Program-made: the position numbers and the translations under genes | The notes under the pieces: generated by a model | Databases searched by the model: none | What the model was told of the DNA's origin: nothing | Seen by the model: the letters and a program-made list of their open reading frames with translations, nothing else | NCBI GenBank assembly: GCA_039621445.1 | Contig: CP154954.1 | Span: forward strand, 44,557,847-44,621,846 | DNA: 64,000 nucleotides | DNA from: Euglena gracilis | Lineage: Eukaryota | Reading direction: 5' to 3' | Shown: positions 59,166-64,000 of the stretch, one piece after another | How positions within the stretch are numbered: position 1 is the stretch's first letter | Layout: each line of letters opens with the position of its first letter

Positions 59166-62100
59166 CTCAAACCCCGGGAGGCGGAGACCCTCCTCTAAGG
59201 GAAAGTATTGGTCTGGTTTTTGGGGGATATTTTCCTCATAATTCATACAATTGTTGTAAATTTGGAGTCGTGTTGCATGTTCTTGGACAGTTTTTGCATT
59301 TTTGTGACTTTTGCATTGTTCCTCTCGACCTTTGAGCATTTTTGCGCATTTTTTTTTAGAGCCCTCCGCTTTTGAAGTTGCTACGAACCATTTTCGCGAA
59401 TTTGAATTTGTGGTGTTGATTTGACCTGTCACGTCCCTCGGGCTGGGGGGGGGGGTAGCTTTGGGGTCCGACCAATCAACAGTTTTCCCAGGCATTGGTT
59501 TTTTTGGTCAGAATTTTCTTTCGGCACCCTCGCCTCCGGAGGTTTTTTTCTTTGCGTGATGCCCCACTTGGAGAGCAGTTACGTTTATAGGACAATCATA
59601 CCCCCTTTGGGTCTGGCTTCTTTTTTTTTTTACTTGGAAGGCACTCCTAAATTTTCAGTTTGTCTATCTATCGTCTATTGTTCACTCCCTTTCCACTGTT
59701 ATTACCAGGCTTCCATGGCACAGGGTCGACGTTTCCTCCAAATTGTTGAGTTGGTCATTTGGCCTTTGAGTCGCCGGTATTTCCCGAAAGTACAAAAATA
59801 TTTTTTGGGTTTGGTACACAAACCCAGGAAAAAAACTGCAACAAAATTTGGGTTTTTTTGTGACGTTTCAGTGTTGTGTCCCCATTTAAGTGCAGTTTTG
59901 TGTGTCGCCTGAATTAAATTTAAGGCTTTCCCAAAGTTTCATTCAAAATGTACCCCACACGTTTTATCGTCATTTTTAACCCACTCGCATTTTCACTCTG
60001 ATTCATTCCCCAAGGGTGTGGATGCAACGACACACCCCACATTACGAGGGCGAACTGACCAGTCAACCACCTCAAAAAAGCAGCCACACGCCAGGATTTT
60101 TTTTTGCCGAGTCAAACATTTCCGATTTTAGCCTCCATTTCGCCTGCGTTTGGCCCAATTCCGGGCATCGCTACCCGGCCAGCCCTAACCCAAAGCCTGA
60201 CACATTTGCTCTCCCCATCCCCACCCTTCCGCCGATCGGTCCGAGAAACGCGCGTGCGAGCAAAGCCCCCCCCTCAGGTTTGCACCAACCGGGACCCCCC
60301 ACCCCTCCCCGTGGCGGTCGGTGAAGGGTCCCGCTGGGCTCGGGGCCGGGGGGGGGGGGGGGGGCGAGGCTGCCCCCCTATCCCTGCCCCCCCCATATCA
60401 GGCCCTTTTTGCCCTAACAATGGGTCGTTCATCACACCATATGATGGTGCTTCGCGGGACGTTTCGCCAAATCGCAATTCCGAATTCCGAAGCGTGGCAT
60501 CGGCGTTGACACCCACCCAAAACCATACCGTTTGCGATTCGCATCCCGTTGCCGCGGGGGGTCCGGCCACCGCCGCCCGCCGCCGGGCTCCGCCGGGCGG
60601 CCGCCTGCCGCGTGGAGTGCGCCGCGGTGGGCGCCGGCGCCGCCGGGCCGGGCGGGCCGTGGGCCGGCCCCCCAACCGGGGACGTGCGGCCAGGGCTCCC
60701 TGGGGGCGGGTTGGGGCTCCCCCCCACAGCCAAAGGTTCCCTGGGGGGGGTTTCCGGGCCACCAACGGGCTGTTCCCTGCCCCAGACTCCCCTTCCCTGT
60801 GGATGAGGTTTAGTTTCTGGTGCGGCCTGTTTTGGGACGGGGCGGCTGGACGGAAACGGATTTAGGCCGCGTCTTGGTGGACATCGACCGAAAATGCCAG
60901 GTCAAACTTTAGTTGCATAGTTTGTTCATTTTTGGGTTTTTTTTCCGGATCAAGTTCGTCCTGGGGCAGCCCAGGTTCCAGCCGGGGACCCTTGATGAAC
61001 CCCCCATGTGCTTCACTCACCACGCAGCACTCACCGCCCATATGCAAGCCCGCGTGCCAGGAAAGCGAAACGGTTGTGCACTCAATTGCATATGTCGCTC
61101 ATCTCTCAAAGCGGAGCCGCAAGCCAGCACAGAGGGCCCTGTGGCTGAGACGGGCAGCCTCAGGAGCCAGACCCTCCGCCTTGCCAACCCTTGCCCATGC
61201 AAGCTGCTGGTTGCAAACCCTGTTGTGTATGACCATCACCTCACAACTGACTCACCTGTTCTCGCCCAGGACGTTGCTTAAGAAAACTTGACCCCACCCC
61301 GCCAGCAGCCGCGGACCCCCCTCCCCCCCCCCCAGCAACGAGAGTATTTATTTCCACCCGCCCTTTGGGCGACTGGACGGTAACGGATTTTTCGCTTTCG
61401 GGGGTGCGAAAATGGTCCAAAAATGTGTCGGCAAATGGCTGTCCAGGACATTTTTTGGGGTCAAAAAATCGGGAGTGTTTGATTGATGCGTCGGATTATG
61501 CGAGGTCGTCTCCCAGCCCCCCGGAAGTCCCCCAGTCTGTCCACCTTCTCTGCCCCGTTTCTTCTTTTTGGCACCGATTTGTTCGGCCCACTGTGGGCGG
61601 GGGCTTGGGGGGTTGAAGCCGGCACCGCCAGGGGGCCCTACCCCCCCCCCCCATGCCTGTCCTGCCAGGCCGGTGGTTGGCCCAGGTGAGCGCTGTCGGC
61701 CCGGCCGGCAGCAGCGGGCCCACCCCATGCCCATGCCCCCCCCCCCCGGGCAGTGCGGTGCGGGGCCAGGCTTCCAGCTCACAGGCGCCGAGGGCGGCCC
61801 GGGCGGCGCCGCAGGGCCAAACGCCGCAGAGGCCCCCGCCCCTGGAGAGCCCGGGCAGGGGGACCTGCAGCGGGGGGGGGGGGGGCGGGGGGTGCCGGCC
61901 ACCCCTCGCAGGGCAATGCCTGGTGGCCGTGGCAGTGTGGGCAGGAAGCTGGGTTGGGTTGAGACTCCGGACGGCGGAAGAAGGGCGGGGCGGGCAATTT
62001 TCTCGGAGACCCAGAACCCCCCAGACTGTCACTCGAAGGTGGCGGACGAATGGGAGGCGGCAGTGGGATGTGACTCCGTCTGGAGACCGAACCCCATCGC

Positions 62101-63560
62101 TGGTGCTCTGAGGCCGGGATGGAGCAGAGTCCCACCCTCTTTCTGGCTGGATTCTGCCTGGAGGGAACGGGAGACACCCCTAGTAGTTCACCCTGAGTCA
62201 AATGGCGAAAAATTTTGGTGGGTTTTGCTTAGGAGGAAAATCATGTTTTCGAAAAGAATTGCCTTTGAAATCACGGGGACGAGAAATATGCAAACACAAC
62301 AGGAATGGTGGGGGAGAAGGGAACCTATTGGCAATGAACAGGTGGGAAGGGGCGAGGTCCGGACCTAACGATCTGCAACCGCATCTGCAGACATCCCTGT
62401 TCATGTCCAGAACGAACATCGATGCGACCACAAAGAGCACAATCATCACAAGGAGGGAGAGCACCATAACCAGGCTTTTGCTTGTTGGATTTCAATCCCC
62501 CGTCTCACTCAGGGAAACCTGCCTGGCGGACCGGGGGGCTTCCACTGGAGGTCATCAGAATTAGGATCACCCCAATCCTTTTTAAATGTACTCCGTGCTG
62601 CCAGCGACTTTATTGGAAATGCATATTTTCAGATGCAGTGTGAAGTTCGGTATGTGTTGGGGAAAGATGAAGAGAGAGAAATTTTGGCGGCCCTGAACTA
62701 CAGACCCCAGTAATGTGGTGACCATCCTCCCATGTAAGTGAGTTCCCAAAGGATGCACAGTGCCCAAATATGTGTCACACTCTGAGCCTCCGAAAGTGAT
62801 GTCCAAGGAAGTGCACACCCCCTGTAACAGCCATTTTGAATTGAACCAATCTCAGGTTATGCCCTAACAAGTGCCTGAATGGGAATCCCCGAAATCCTGT
62901 GGATGGTGGGTGGGGTCCCCCCCCCATCCTTGTGGGTGGGGGAGTCCGACCCCCCCCCCCCCCGCCGGGCCTTCCTGTGGGTGGTGGGTTGGGGCCGACC
63001 ACCTCCCCCCCATCCTGGTTGTTGGGTCCGATCACCAGTCCTTGCCGTGCACTTAAATGGGAGGGGGTAACGAGAGAGGTCCATTTTTTTTAGGGCAAGT
63101 TTTTTTTAGGGCAAGCTGATGGAGGTATTGTCGGCTTGGTGTGTTCTCTTGTGTTTGAGTTAGATTAGGAATACGTTTAGGGCTTCAATTGTCGTCGAAG
63201 AAAGGGTCAGTGTCATGGTTTTCCGAAGTTTGGAGGTTAGGCCGAATTTGGGCCTGAACGTCGGTGTCAGTTATTCCTAATTTTTGGCCAAGTTGGGCTG
63301 GGCTAAAACTTCACACAAACTCTATTCCGCATCCGAACCCTGACCCTATCCCTTTACCTGGGGGCAGGCTTTTACAGCCAACTACAGGAAGAGCGATACG
63401 CAGGCCTCTTCTTCAGGCCAAGGCCTCCCTTCTGTGTGAGTTTATTTCACCAAACCCCACACCTGGGAAGACAGGTTTGGTCCTCCCATGTTCCAAAAAT
63501 ACAACCACAAAGCATTAAATAATAAACGCATAATGTGGTCATCTTCAACTTGCTGTGCTG

Positions 63561-63676
63561 CAAAAAGAAATGAGCCTGAACCTGAGCACAAGCACAAGGA
63601 AGGAGAGTGCCATGAAGAGCACAAGCACAAGGAAGGAGAGTGCCATGAGGAGCACAAGAAGGGAGAGCATCATGAC
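63561..63676 (+). CDS. Probable His/Glu/Lys-rich exon with 33-nt tandem repeat (EHKHKEGECHE x2+)
   Basis: Codon-phased repeat 63584-63649; followed by C|gacCAG, a plausible intron 5' end. Confidence 0.55.
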
Positions 63677-64000
63677 GACCAGGCTGTTTTATTTTATACG
63701 TGCTAAGTTAAAACGTCAAACGAAGGTGACGTGTATGTTGGAATCAATTGGACTCTTTTGGTGAGAAGGAAAGGGGTTCTCCCATCATCGTTTAGCACCA
63801 TCTTTTTTGAAGAAAACACCACAGTATCAGAATTTTCCCCCTTTTTGCCTGTTTCATTTGCCGTTTGTGCAATTCTTGAGTTGCATTTTTAATTTGTTTG
63901 TGTGCATATTACCCCTTCCTGTTCACCCGAGGGGAGAGGCTGGCTTCCTTTCCAAGGCTTCTTTTCTTTCTTCTTTTCAAGACTTCTTTTCATGTCCCCG

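Noticed and set aside
60100-62370. Long GC-rich ORFs as defined genes
   Set aside because: May contain gene 4 exons, but frame and boundaries could not be supported

Overview
Eukaryotic nuclear DNA, repeat-rich, with short GC-rich exons. The intron style points to a euglenid (Euglena-like) genome; this is an inference. Four + strand genes can be reconstructed. Two are tandem papain-family (C1A) paralogs. Gene 1 (~7339-26520, 5' end not found) keeps the Gln/Cys/His/Asn catalytic residues. Gene 2 (31107-44106) has a signal peptide, the catalytic Cys replaced by Ser, a low-complexity stalk and a C-terminal TM helix. The other two are tandem paralogs (from 47516 and 56802) encoding secreted Cys-rich proteins of unknown family. 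Every intron I could resolve is non-GT-AG: its ends base-pair with nt +4..+6 (often CAG) opposite -8..-6 (often CTG), and junctions are mostly Y|R. Introns and intergenic DNA are packed with MITEs carrying 8-bp TSDs (hAT-like) or TA TSDs (Tc1/mariner-like). Main finding: one intron (34905-35285) is exactly a copy of a MITE family seen four more times in the window, plus 3+5 nt of its 8-bp TSD. A second TSD-flanked intron (49816-50142) is absent from the paralog. This suggests 8-bp-TSD MITEs act as intron generators, and that the +4/-6 splice geometry removes exactly one TSD. All junctions were inferred by eye from frame, homology and pairing; none has transcript support.
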